In this document: positions 10,206 through 21,176 of the stretch, one piece after another
Layout: each line of letters starts with the position of its first letter
How positions within the stretch are numbered: the first letter of the stretch is position 1
Assembly: GCA_051362555.1 (NCBI GenBank)
Contig: CM120649.1
Coordinates: forward strand, 1,736,001-1,800,000
Length of the DNA stretch: 64,000 nt
Source of the DNA: Lingula anatina
Lineage: Eukaryota; Animalia; Brachiopoda
Reading direction: 5' to 3'
The notes under the pieces: generated by a model
What the model was told of the DNA's origin: nothing
Seen by the model: the letters and a program-made list of their open reading frames with translations, nothing else
Databases searched by the model: none
Program-made: the position numbers and the translations under genes

Positions 10206-10768
10206 ATTCTGACGAATTTGTATATAATATTTACATAGATGACAGAATTGTCAGCTTATCTTTTAAATTTTTTGAGAATTTACGTAAACATTCAATATAC
10301 ATAAATGAATTGTATTTTAAACAGAAAAGAGAACCTAATTTTCAAATAAAATTTCCTTCTGAGGTGATAAACGAATCAATTTTACTGATGTTTTGTGGAA
10401 AGTTTAATTCTATAGATGAACAGTTGGACTTTGTAAAATTAATAGGTTCTGCTCATTATATGATGATATCAGAAGATTACATAGTTTATATGTTGCATCA
10501 AATACCATCAGGTATTGGTAAATGTATTATTCAAGCAATATATTATGCATGGAATGTCACTCATTTAGTCAAAGTTAGCATATTATTACTACGACGTTTA
10601 AATATTGCTGTTAAATATTATACTGAATTACTACTGAATAAGGATAAAGTTATATCATATAATAGATTTAGACGACGTATTATTAAGATAACAAGAAATG
10701 ACAATAATTGTGTTCTTACAATAAATGTTATGACACAATGTCCTGTTTGTAAATACATTGAACATTGA
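10206..10768 (+). CDS. Accessory ORF/exon encoding a divergent BTB/POZ-like domain with a C-terminal CxxC
   Basis: LRKHSIYINELY, QIKFPSEVINESILLMFCGKF and DFVKLIGSAHYMMISE line up by eye with the BTB pattern La.+S.YF..lf / i.l..v..e.f..ll.f.YtG / ..ll.aA.yl.i. The ORF is intact in very AT-rich DNA and follows the acceptor ttctattttttttcAG (10204-10205). An in-frame ATG is at 10175. Confidence 0.62.
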
Positions 10769-10917
10769 TGCATGGAACAAATTAATGTCAAGTATATTTT
10801 TAGTTCATTAAGATAATATGACGAGTTTATGATTAAATGATTTGCGAATTTTATGTTATTCAGTATATGCTTTGCTTTAAAAAAAAAATCAAAAAGGAGT
10901 GTATGTTGTAAAGTTTT

Positions 10918-10950
10918 AGAATTCGAGGACGAATTCTTTTGAAGAAAGGG
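10918..10950 (+). promoter_or_regulatory. Pre-PPT hairpin (10918-10937) and polypurine tract (10941-10950)
   Basis: AGAATTCG-AGGA-CGAATTCT forms a perfect 8-bp stem. GAAGAAAGGG ends 4 nt before the 3' LTR. Confidence 0.8.
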
Positions 10951-10954
10951 TGTA

Positions 10955-11475
10955 TGTTGTAAAGTTAATTACTTACCCTTACACTCATTACAATTAGTAA
11001 TAAAAGGGAAATCAAATAGATGAAAAGTTAGAGTGATATTGAGTGCAAGTTAAGCTTAATCGAGTGTCAACAAGTGTAGAACATGTTTTTAGTGTCAGAA
11101 GAAGATGGAAAAGGTCCAAGGCAATAACATTTAATGTGATTGGTCAATTTCATAACAGATGTTAATTTTGATCAACTGTTTATCACATGATAACTAAGTT
11201 TTGGACATGATTCAAGTATGAGTAATGCAAATAGTATTTTGGATGAGTTTAGTTGAAAACAAGGTTCTTAGACATTACCTAATAAGGGAATGTACTATGG
11301 TAAAGTAAACATGACAATGGAAAGTTTCTGGAAATCACGCCATAAACAATAAAAAGAACATGATTACACGCGTGATCAGTACGGAAAATTAGAGTATAAA
11401 TATGGGTAAAATTGTATGAAAATTAAGTGGTGAATAAATGATTGAAGACTCCAGAACCTCGTCGGCGTTATAATA
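10955..11475 (+). repeat. 3' LTR (521 bp)
   Basis: Near-identical to 721-1241 and followed by the TSD TCTG. Confidence 0.97.
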
Positions 11476-12185
11476 TCTGTAAGAAACAAATAGATGTGGC
11501 TAAGGTAAAGGAAAAGATATTCATACTTTTTGTCCTGTAGCAGACCTTGGTCCAAAAGCACCAATAAAAAAAGAAGCTTTATTTACACCCAAGAATGCTT
11601 GTTGCTATAGTTACAGGTAGAACCTGATTTTTGGCCAATTTATTTTTAAATCGGGAGAGTTGAAAACCTTGTAATTGGTAGGTATTGAAGCCTTACTCTT
11701 AAAACATTAAACCAAATACATTATTTTCAAAATCTGATTCATATAGAACGTAGTTTTAACTTTTTTGCCGTACTTTCAGAATTTTTAATTAAATGATCGA
11801 AATGTTGTTAAAGTTAACATTTTTTTTTTATTTCTGAAAGAGTTCCAGAAGTGGTGCTTTGTAAAGTTTTAGATTCCTAATACGTGGATCAAAATAAGAT
11901 TTGATTATTCATAGCAAGAAGAGCAAATCCTCTATCGTTTTATCAACTATGTTCATTTATCCATTTAGGAGGCCAGATTGAAATTTCTCAATATTTCCAA
12001 TTTTCGTATATATTTTATAGTGCCTGACTCAAATCAATTAAAAAATTTAATATGTTATTGGTCATGAGGGTAGTTTTGAGGAGGTTGATGTTTTAAATTT
12101 GTAAAAATGGTGTGAAATATTGGTATCTTCACAGGTACTTTGTATTTTGACAACCATATGTCTTGTTATTTTTGGTATCTGGAAA

Positions 12186-12620
12186 AATAAATAATAATAA
12201 TATTTATTTATAGTCTTAACTCCAACATATGTTCAATAGACTTTACAGAATATATAAAATTCACAATTAAAAGAAAAAAAGATACTAATGGTCATAAAAT
12301 GAAAGAAGGAAAATGATAGAAGAAAAATTGTTAAAGTTATAAAATAGATATATAAAATGGTTTAGAGGTGAAAATTAAAACTATGAACTAAGAAACAATT
12401 CTTACAAGAATTCAAAAATAATATTGCATAAAAAGGTAGGTTTTAAGTTCCTTTTTAAAATGTCCAGGGTCTACAATTTGTCTATGGTTGATGGGTAAAT
12501 TATTCCATTCTCTAGGTGCTGTAATTTTAAAAGCCTTGTCACCGTATGACACCATGCAATCTTGCCTTACACGCCTTAAAAAGAAGGTACTCACCTGATC
12601 TAAGATTTCTTGCTGATGTA
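12186..12620 (-). mobile_element. L2/CR1-group LINE 3' fragment
   Basis: Minus-strand translation YGDKAFKITAPREWNNLP...FKKELKTYLF is typical of an L2-type ORF2 C-terminus. A related copy lies on + at ~47690-48200. Confidence 0.75.
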
Positions 12621-12715
12621 TAATGTGAAACAAGCTCATTTGAATAAAAGGGTGCAAGTTAATAAAATGCTGCATGTGCAAACGTTAAAAGTGCAACTTC
12701 ATTAAAACAGGGGCG

Positions 12716-12721
12716 ATTATA

Positions 12722-12756
<35 letters not shown>

Positions 12757-12758
12757 CA

Positions 12759-12789
<31 letters not shown>

Positions 12790-12812
12790 TTTTATTTATT
12801 TTTTATTTTTTT
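12716..12812. repeat. (ATT)n/(ATTT)n microsatellite
   Basis: Direct reading. Paralogous (ATT)n tracts at 29548-29592 and ~63300-63340. Confidence 0.9.
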
Positions 12813-14216
12813 AGTGCTGTCAGTAGGAGAACAGATATGCTCTGTATATGAGCACTATCTAAAACAGTTTACAATTGTACGGTCATCAATTATTATTATA
12901 TAATTATGTTTTAACTTTATTTCCATTTATTATAGAGACAAACGCTTCACAAATAGCAGTGTCATAGCATTATTTTTACTTCAGCTTATTTATTTCCTTA
13001 TGAAGGGGGGCATCCTTCTTTCAGTTTTCATTGGATTATTAATGAAAGTTTATTTATTTATTTACCTATTTATTGACCTATTTATTGTTTGTTTGTTTGT
13101 TGCTTGCAAATATAGCAATCAAGTATTTGCGATGTCAATGAATTCCACTTCCTTTCTTGACATCTATGCAATCACAACGCAATATTTACGTAGACGGAAG
13201 TATAATTATAGCTTCAAACTAGACAAAAGTTGAGTCGTGCCATAAAATGAAAAAGACATTACACAATTACACATAATGTAGTTATATTTGATTGTGTAGC
13301 TAATCAATATATTACAGGTACTTTCATTCTTGGGATATCAAAATTACAAATATTGACATTTTATGCGTTTGACACCACTAAAATTCCAAAATCATATTAT
13401 TTGTAATATATCTATGTTGTTACATATTTTATAATCCCACCATTCAATGCGCGATGCTTGTTATCATGAGACTGATGCTATTGCTGATACATTGATGAGT
13501 AGTACTCAGCCTCATAAGATAAAACACGCTGAGGGGGATAACGGTGTAACTGAATGCTGAGTGAGGTTTAGCTTCAATTTTGTGTAAAAAGTGAAAAGGT
13601 AAATCTTATTATTATTATCGATATACTGCACAGATCAATTGACTTAGCTATTTTTTGAAATGTTTAATGTTGAAAAATGTTAAGCATAATATGATAAAAC
13701 ATGATTTTATAAAATGTGCATCAGTGTATTTTTTGTCTTTTTCTTCTTCTTCTTATTATTATTATTAAATAGTATTCCATGAACAAAGTATTCTTCACGT
13801 GAAAATTTACAGCAAACAAAAAGATTCTGATCGAAAAGCCTTGAGATCCCACGGCAGAGTTTAAGTTTCATCTTTTCTGTCAGGTTTACAGAATGATAAC
13901 ATATCTTATATAAGCTACCAAGCTGAGCAGGATGTTATCGTAACCAGCACTTGATACTATGTTAAATTACATTGGACGCTCTGTAAAAATGATGAACCAC
14001 GCACACGCACAGTTAACTGCAACGATGTTGCCATGAGCATTCGGTTGCAAATTGCAATGCACCTGAAAAAAGATAATATATTGTCATATCGCATTGTTTA
14101 CGTGCCTCGTAATCTGTGATATTTTCAAGAAAGCGAGCCCGATTTAGTTTAAATATTGTCACCTGTATGATGATGTTGAAATCTGAATATCTTATTCTAT
14201 TCCAGCATAGAAGTGC

Positions 14217-14223
14217 TATAAAA
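14217..14223 (+). promoter_or_regulatory. Conserved TATAAAA upstream of the EGF-gene start codons
   Basis: Present in all four copies (14217, 19997, 30832, 52777), 27-35 nt before the start codon. An upstream ttctattccag could instead be a splice acceptor. Confidence 0.5.
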
Positions 14224-14251
14224 GAGTACTATATCGAACATCAACCAATCA

Positions 14252-17200
14252 ATGATGGGATTGTTGTTCTGCCCGAGTCTTGTACTGGCCTTGATAGCGT
14301 GCGTCTTTCTCAGTCAAACTCATCTGAGTCTAACATGTAAGTGTATAGATACCAGCTTGACATCCAAGCCCTTACGGAACTTTCCTATAGGATCCTATAG
14401 GGCACCTTCCCATAAGATTTCCTATAGGATATTATAAGATTTCCTTATAGGGTTCTATAAGATTTCCTATAGGATCCTATAGGAAAATGGGACAATTTCC
14501 TATAGGAAATTATATAGGAAATCTTATAGGAAATCCTATAGGAAATCCTAAATTTTCGTAAGAGAGTTCATGTACAGTAGCATGTTTGCAATTCTGAGAT
14601 ACAATGTCAATTTTCGTTTCAGCATTTTGGTCTCAACATTGCTTGTTTGCAACAATCATATGCCTGTTTTTATGGATCTTTTCAATTCTAAGTCATTCCC
14701 ACCTTCCTGCGGAGAATGCAATCCAAGCTGCGGTATATCCGCCTCTTGTAGTTAAGAATCCACAATAACCATCACTGCCATATGACTAGGTATTTTCCTT
14801 ACTTCAATCTTAATATACTGAGTGCTAAGCGAGGAGACAGCCGATATTATTATTATAATGGCCTTTGGTATGACCAGGCCATGGTGTGGACAGTTTAAAC
14901 CTGTAAATCATTTAGACGTGGTCCAGGCGTTCAAGGCGTTATAGTGTAAAAACGATAAGATATGCATGATTTATCTATTCAAATTGTTTGAATTTCAAAA
15001 AGTAATTAAACTATATGTGTGAAATATTAGAGCATGCCTGATATTTAAATTGCCTTATAACATCTATTTTCAGTCGGATGCGAGTCTAACAGTTGCTATA
15101 ATGGTGGGTTTTGTGACGATAAACCTGACGATCAGTCTGGCTTTCATTGCATTTGCTTTGATAAGCATTTCGGAGAGAGATGCGAATTGCGTAAGCAATG
15201 CCCTTGTGACGTTTACTAGCCTCCTTTGTCGATAACAGGGAGTAGTGATGTATAGCAAAATATTAGAAAACAAGTTTACTTTTGCAACGATTGATGGCAA
15301 CATATATGTTTCATTTGACATTTTGTACAAAATGAATTCCATAAATATCAGTTACCCTGATTAGTAACCTGTGCAATGCTTAAAATATAAAAACTGAAAT
15401 ATCTAAACTGAAATAGCATGCGTAGCATTTTATAAACCTTAATTGTAATATCCTCATTTCAGGTAATTGCAAATGGGGTTACTGCTTCAATGGTGCAACG
15501 TGTGCAACAAATACTACAAATTCGAAACAGTTGTGTATTTGTCCCGAGGGTTGTAATGGAAAAATGTGCGAAATAGGTAAACCGTGCCTTTCTAATACTG
15601 CATGCATTCTGTATCTGAGTATTTAAGGATAACAATTAATAGCACTAAGTTGTGAAGCATGCAGCAAAAGAAATTACAAAACAAATTTACCAGCGCAAAA
15701 TTGATGCCAGAAGATAGTAACAAGAACCAGTAATAGTAACTTCTATAGACTGATATTAAGCCATATGGCTCTAGATCTCTGTTTGTTAATTACAATACAA
15801 CTAACATATTCAGGTGATAAGGTGGACGTTATGAAAATGCGTCATGAAATGACGTCCATTAAGGTGGTTTAAAAGTTTAATTTTTTATTTTTGCAGGCAA
15901 GTGTCAAGGTACATTTTTTTATTTGTTTTCAGCACAATGTGGGGAAAACGCCCACTGCCAATACAAGCCGCATAAAATTCCATTGCCTGGGAAAAATGAC
16001 AGCTGCAATGCATTAAATCATGAAGGTTGTGTTTGCAACGAGGGTTACAGCGGGGATGGAATCAACTGCACTAGTAAGTCTTAGGCCGTATTCAGAACAG
16101 TGGACTAACTAGTATACCGGTCAAATGTGGCCGACCCACTTAAATATTTCCCCTTAATCTACTCAGTGTCTATTAGTGGATTGGACGGTTGCGTTATTTG
16201 ACGCCTAGACTATAGTTAGTCGACTCTTCTGATTGAACAGTTATTTTGGTATAGCAGAAGTTAGCTGAAATCATAACCTGGCAACCGTTTCACAAAAAAA
16301 CTTAAGTCGGTTTCCCTGACTAAGAGCTTGGTTACCAACGTAATTAAGTCGTTACGTCACTAAGTCCCGTTTCACAAAGAATCTGCTTACGTCGTTTTTT
16401 TCTTAGCTGCTAGTCGACGATGTCTAGCCTCCTCGGGAGGAGCCTTAAGTCGGCAAGCTCAACTAAAACTCGGTAAATGATAGCATAAACAACAAAAATT
16501 TGGAAAGAACATACCTCCTTCAAGATATTGTGTTATGATATCCTTGAATTAAAAATTGAAATTAAAAATAAAATGCCACTTCACCCAGCCGATCGCGTGT
16601 TTGTTCATGTTTTTGACCACTAGACGTCCTTCAGCAGTGTTCCACGACAAGCTAATGTTTAACTGTTACTTTGAACTTTTATCGAAGTTAAACTAATCAA
16701 TAAAGTTCAAAAACAAACTTTGTTTGTGTTTTGGCTGATTTTTATTGTTGATAAACGATCGTTCCCGGTCGAAAGAGGCCATGAAGCGTCATGTCTTGTA
16801 AAACTTTTGGAATTTTACACCTCCTTTTCTTGAAGAGTTTCTCGTGCGCGTCGACTACGGTAAGCACACCAAGCTACGACTTTAGATTCTTTGTGAAATA
16901 CTCCTAGTCGACTGCGGCGTAGTCGACCTAGATCGGCCGTTCAGCTCGAGCTAGTGAACTACGGATTTAAGATTCTTTGTGAAACGGGGGCCTGAAATAA
17001 CTTAGAATCGACTCCCCCCCCCCTCGTGGACAGCCCAATCTACTGTTTCACAAAAAAACCCAAGGACTCATGCACACCCCTAGTGATAAGTCTACCAAAT
17101 TCCTAAAGTTAAATCTTTCTCACTCTAATGATCCAGGAGGAAAAAGCAAAAATTACGACGCAGAAAAAGAAAAAAAATAATAATATCAATCACCCCCGGT

Positions 17201-17943
17201 GTTACTAAAACCCCGTAATGCTCATGTACATGCTTGATAAAAGATATTCTAATTACCAATGTTTGAATTTTCTCAGCCTGTTAGTCTAGGAGACGAAGGA
17301 AAAACACAAGGTATTACAAGAAGGATTAACCGCACCCAGGGACAGCCCAACCCCCTGTTGCAGTAAATTTCTGTGCAGGGATGCCCATGCACACAATTTA
17401 AGCTATCAAAAACACAATGTAAATATAATTAAGAATCGCCACCCACACTGACAAATCAAATCCCAGCTGTACTAAAATCCCCATGTGCGAAACTCAGGTC
17501 TAATTATTCCCAAAGTTTAAACTTCCTCACCTCACACTTATGGTCAAGGGGGAGTTAGCTGAAATTTCAAGTTAGAAAGAATTTGTTATCATTCAACTCC
17601 CAGGGACATGCCGCCACACAATCCACTATGAAATTCCAAAGTAACCATGCACATGATTCATTAAACAATATTAAAGTCTATCAATACCGAAATTATCTCA
17701 CTCTTGTGCTACAAGAGGGGATGGCACAAATTACAGTGTAAAAGGAATTGAGAATCAGAAGCAACGTCTTTTGTCTAAAAGGTGCGGGCATAACAAGCAA
17801 TCAATTTTGTCAAGTGCAACGTTGTTTTGTCACCGATAACCATACATATATTACATATTACTGAATGCGCAATGTGCTCAAATAAAAACGGAGGCAAGGT
17901 GTCCATAAAATATATTTCTTTTCTTTCAGAATCGGCGGAATAA
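14252..17943 (+). CDS. Secreted 3xEGF-like protein, copy A (156 aa); exons 14252-14336, 15074-15190, 15463-15576, 15933-16073, 17930-17943
   Basis: Signal peptide MMGLLFCPSLVLALIACVFLSQ. Three phase-1 exons each encode one EGF-like domain (CESNSCYNGGFC...CICFDKHFGERC; CKWGYCFNGATC...CICPEGCNGKMC; CGENAHC...CVCNEGYSGDGINC). All GT-AG introns, no stops. Confidence 0.88.
14369..14564. mobile_element. Palindromic MITE (CMC/EnSpm-like) in intron 1 of copy A
   Basis: Termini CCCTTACGGAA / TTTCGTAAGAG with a 2-bp TSD AG. The interior is built of CCTATAGG palindromes. Absent from the same intron of copy C. Confidence 0.75.
16281..16991. mobile_element. PIF/Harbinger-like MITE in intron 4 of copy A
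   Basis: TIRs GCAACCGTTTCACAAA / TTTGTGAAACGGGGGC with a 3-bp TSD CTG. The same insertion is in copy C. Confidence 0.75.
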
Positions 17944-18454
17944 ACAACCAGAAAATGAAATACCAAAAATTGCAGGAGAGGATACACAGTTATTTGATTA
18001 AATTAACACCCATGTTTATTAAAAATATTAATTTGGACATTCATTGAAAATTCTGTATGAATTAAGTATATCAATTGAAAATAGATATATGGGCATTGCA
18101 TTTGGTTCTTTTTTCATTTTCTCATCTCATTTTATTCTCATTAACTGGGTAATGCAAATAAAATATCACAGAGAGGCCTCTTTGTTGCAATATTTTGGCT
18201 GTTATTCCATAACGCGCGCACACACACACACGCACATAGAAGAGAAAGAGAGAGAGAGAGGGAGGGACAAAAAACTGACAGCTAGATCGCTGCCACGGAA
18301 AAAGGTTATCATAAATTTGATTCAACTGAGCAATTCAAATATAATGTCGCAATCTGGTTATAGACCTTCATAAACTCTGGTTGAATGTTTTAGGTTACCT
18401 GTTACAAATTCGTCCACATCCAGCAGTTTAGGTGGTGGACAGACTAAACACATA

Positions 18455-18498
<44 letters not shown>

Positions 18499-19812
18499 AA
18501 TTTCATCAGAAATAATCATGGCAACAATTGGGTCAGTTCGTTGGGAATCATTGTAATAAAAAAGACCAAAAACAAAAGTTTGCAATAGTTGCCTTTACTG
18601 CTTTACCCAACACTAATATTTGTCAAGCTGCATGAGTGTTTATGGAAGTCCCGACCTGTATGGAAATTTTCTAGGTCAAATATAAAACTACACTGATGTA
18701 CCGGTACTTGCAGTATATTATAATCAGTAGTGAGGAGAGTTTGCATTTCCTGAGCTGACATCAACGAGGAAAAACGAAGTAATTTCTATGTTAACTGAGA
18801 AATATTGTAATCAGTGCAGTTCTGTAACTTGGTGGTGATCTTATCCACTGCGTACACCGATCGTTGCTAAATAGCCAGTGGAATGTATCTCAGCCAGGGG
18901 CGGACGGAAACTGTCTTCTGGGTCAGATTTTTTCCAAATTTATATTAACGGGCATCTAACTTTTTTGCTGTTGCAAGAAGGTCAAAAATCTTAGATGGAA
19001 CAATAAAAATAATTTGGAAGACTCTCAGAAAATATATCTGAATCCTCCCCTGACAGTGTTTCCGGTGGAGTGGAATGCTTCCTCTGTAATATGTTTAGTT
19101 TAAGCTTGGTCAGGAATCCAATTAACCTTTAAATACCAAATACTGATTAATAAAGGAGATGGTTGCCTGATAGCACACTTTTAACAACCGCCTTTAGAAT
19201 TTTAAGAGATGGATAGTGAAGGTGTGAGAATAGACACTCTCCATTTGTTGAAACTATTTCGTACATTCAACCAAATATAGTGAAAATTTTGTTTCAAGTA
19301 ATTCAACCATATATATATACAGACTACAGACTATCAAGAAAATTTACTTGAAAGCCGTTGCCATTGTACAGGCTTGCTAATGGACGCTCTTCGGTCCTGC
19401 AGGTATGTTTTCTGAGACAAATGGATTATATGCATTTCTGCTAAACGAAAAACAGCGAGTATTCACAGAATCTGCAAATGACTAGTAAAGTTTTTTTTTT
19501 TTTAAATAATATTCGGTTATTTTAATACCTTGAAAGATGAGCAGTATCACGACTTGATGGGTTTTCATATGTGTCATGATAATCACAAGGTAAACTGTGA
19601 CACTGGCGATGTATTCTAATTGTCTGAAAAGGACAACTGTCTGTATGAAAAAATGTAGGTGACCATTGTCAAGGAAAATATTTCAGCAGACCTTGGTCCA
19701 AAAACACCAAAACCAGTTTTTTTACACCCATCAATGCTTGTTGCTATGGCCGCAGGCTAAACCTGACTTTCGGCCAAATATTGGTTTTATATCAGAGGAG
19801 TTTGAAACCTTG

Positions 19813-19815
<3 letters not shown>

Positions 19816-19868
<53 letters not shown>
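19816..19868. repeat. poly(T) tract
   Basis: Direct reading. It sits where unit B loses part of the shared intergenic sequence. Confidence 0.9.
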
Positions 19869-19869
<1 letters not shown>

Positions 19870-20031
19870 TACATCAAATGATACATGTAGCATTGAAGAC
19901 AGTTATGGTATTCCCATTAGCGTGGATGATGTTAAACCTGTATGATGCCACTTTGTTATGAATAGTTTATTTTATTTTATTTCAGCAAAAAAGTGCTATA
20001 AAAGAGTACTGTATCTAACATCAACCAATCA

Positions 20032-21176
20032 GTGACGTGATTGTTGTTCTGCCCGAGCCTTGTTCTGGCCTTGATGACGTGCATCTTTCTCAGTCAAACT
20101 CAGCTGAGTCAATCTAGTACCGGTAAGTGTATAGAGACCAGCGTGACATACATCTACATGTAAAATTGCAAGTTTACAATTCTGATGTACTGTACAGTAT
20201 CGACTTTCGTCTCTCATTTTAGTGACAAAGTGACAAAGAAATTACAAAGCAATTTATCAGCGCAAATACTGATACCAGGAGATATGTTAAATTGACCTCT
20301 ATAGACTGATATTTCTTCCTGTTATCTCTATTTGTAAATTTTAATAAAACTAACAAACCCAAGTGATTAGGTGGACCTTTTATAAACAAGGAATTGATAA
20401 TGCCCGTTAAGGTGGTATTAAATTTGAAGTATTCTGTCTCGGGTGAGTGCCAACGTACACAATTCTATTTATTTTCCCTACTGTTTAGTGACAAAAGTCA
20501 GAGATCACGTTTTCCCGCCCGTCTGAGAGCCGGTACGTCCGTGCATTGATGATTTCTGCTACCTTTTCTTAGACTATTAGGGTTGGTAAGTTCGGGCATT
20601 TCGGGCAATTCGGAATTTTCGGAATTTTCACTTAACAGATTGGGCTGCTACTTCATCAATATCCAATTTTAAAATCTCGCTCTAATGGTCTAGCAGGAGT
20701 TGGCAAAAATTGCAGCGTGAAAATTAAGATTGAACCCATCCCCATTGTAATGCATTCTACAATTTTCTACTTGGCCATTAGAATCAGAGAGATGAAACTT
20801 AGGGAAACGATAGACCTATCATCAGGGACGTGCGTTAGGGCTTTGGGATTTAAGTGTGCCTATTGATAGGCCTGTCCCCGGGGATGGATAATTATAATTT
20901 CCTGGATTGTAAATTGAGCTATTTCCCTTAGAACTATAGTGAAAAAGTTGAAGCTTTTGGGATTGAATGCGCCAGATAATTTGCTTCCTATCTGAAGGAA
21001 CCGATAGCCAATTCACAAAGATATTTTAAAGTGAATAAAAGATGGGCTAAATAAAGAGTCAAAGCAAAAGTGAACGACAATCTAGCCAACCGTTATATAT
21101 TATCTTTATCTCTAGCTATAGTTTTATTTAGGTGTACATGAAATATATTTCTTTTCTTTCAGACGTGACGGGATAA
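20032..21176 (+). pseudogene. EGF-gene copy B, pseudogene
   Basis: Signal-peptide exon 20032-20122 has ATG>GTG and an in-frame TGA (20038-20040). Intron 1 is fused to intron-3 sequence and all EGF exons are missing. A terminal exon remnant is at 21163-21176. Confidence 0.85.

Larger units (their letters stand above)
721..11475 (+). mobile_element. Full-length env-bearing Ty3/gypsy LTR retroelement (errantivirus-like) with chromodomain and two accessory ORFs
   Basis: Two 521-bp direct LTRs. The 4-bp TSD TCTG is at 717-720 and 11476-11479; a paralogous empty site (cagttatctgtatgaaacaaatg) is at ~62528-62550. PBS and PPT present. gag, pol in gypsy order PR-RT-RH-IN, then env. Confidence 0.97.

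Noticed and set aside
14369-14564. CCTATAGG repeats as a CRISPR-like array
   Set aside because: No unique spacers or regular period; eukaryotic MITE with TIRs and a TSD.
15050-15342. Short ORFs over EGF exons (also 38082-38335, 54546-54755, 55015-55212)
   Set aside because: Off-frame or antisense readings, or runs into introns, of spliced EGF exons.
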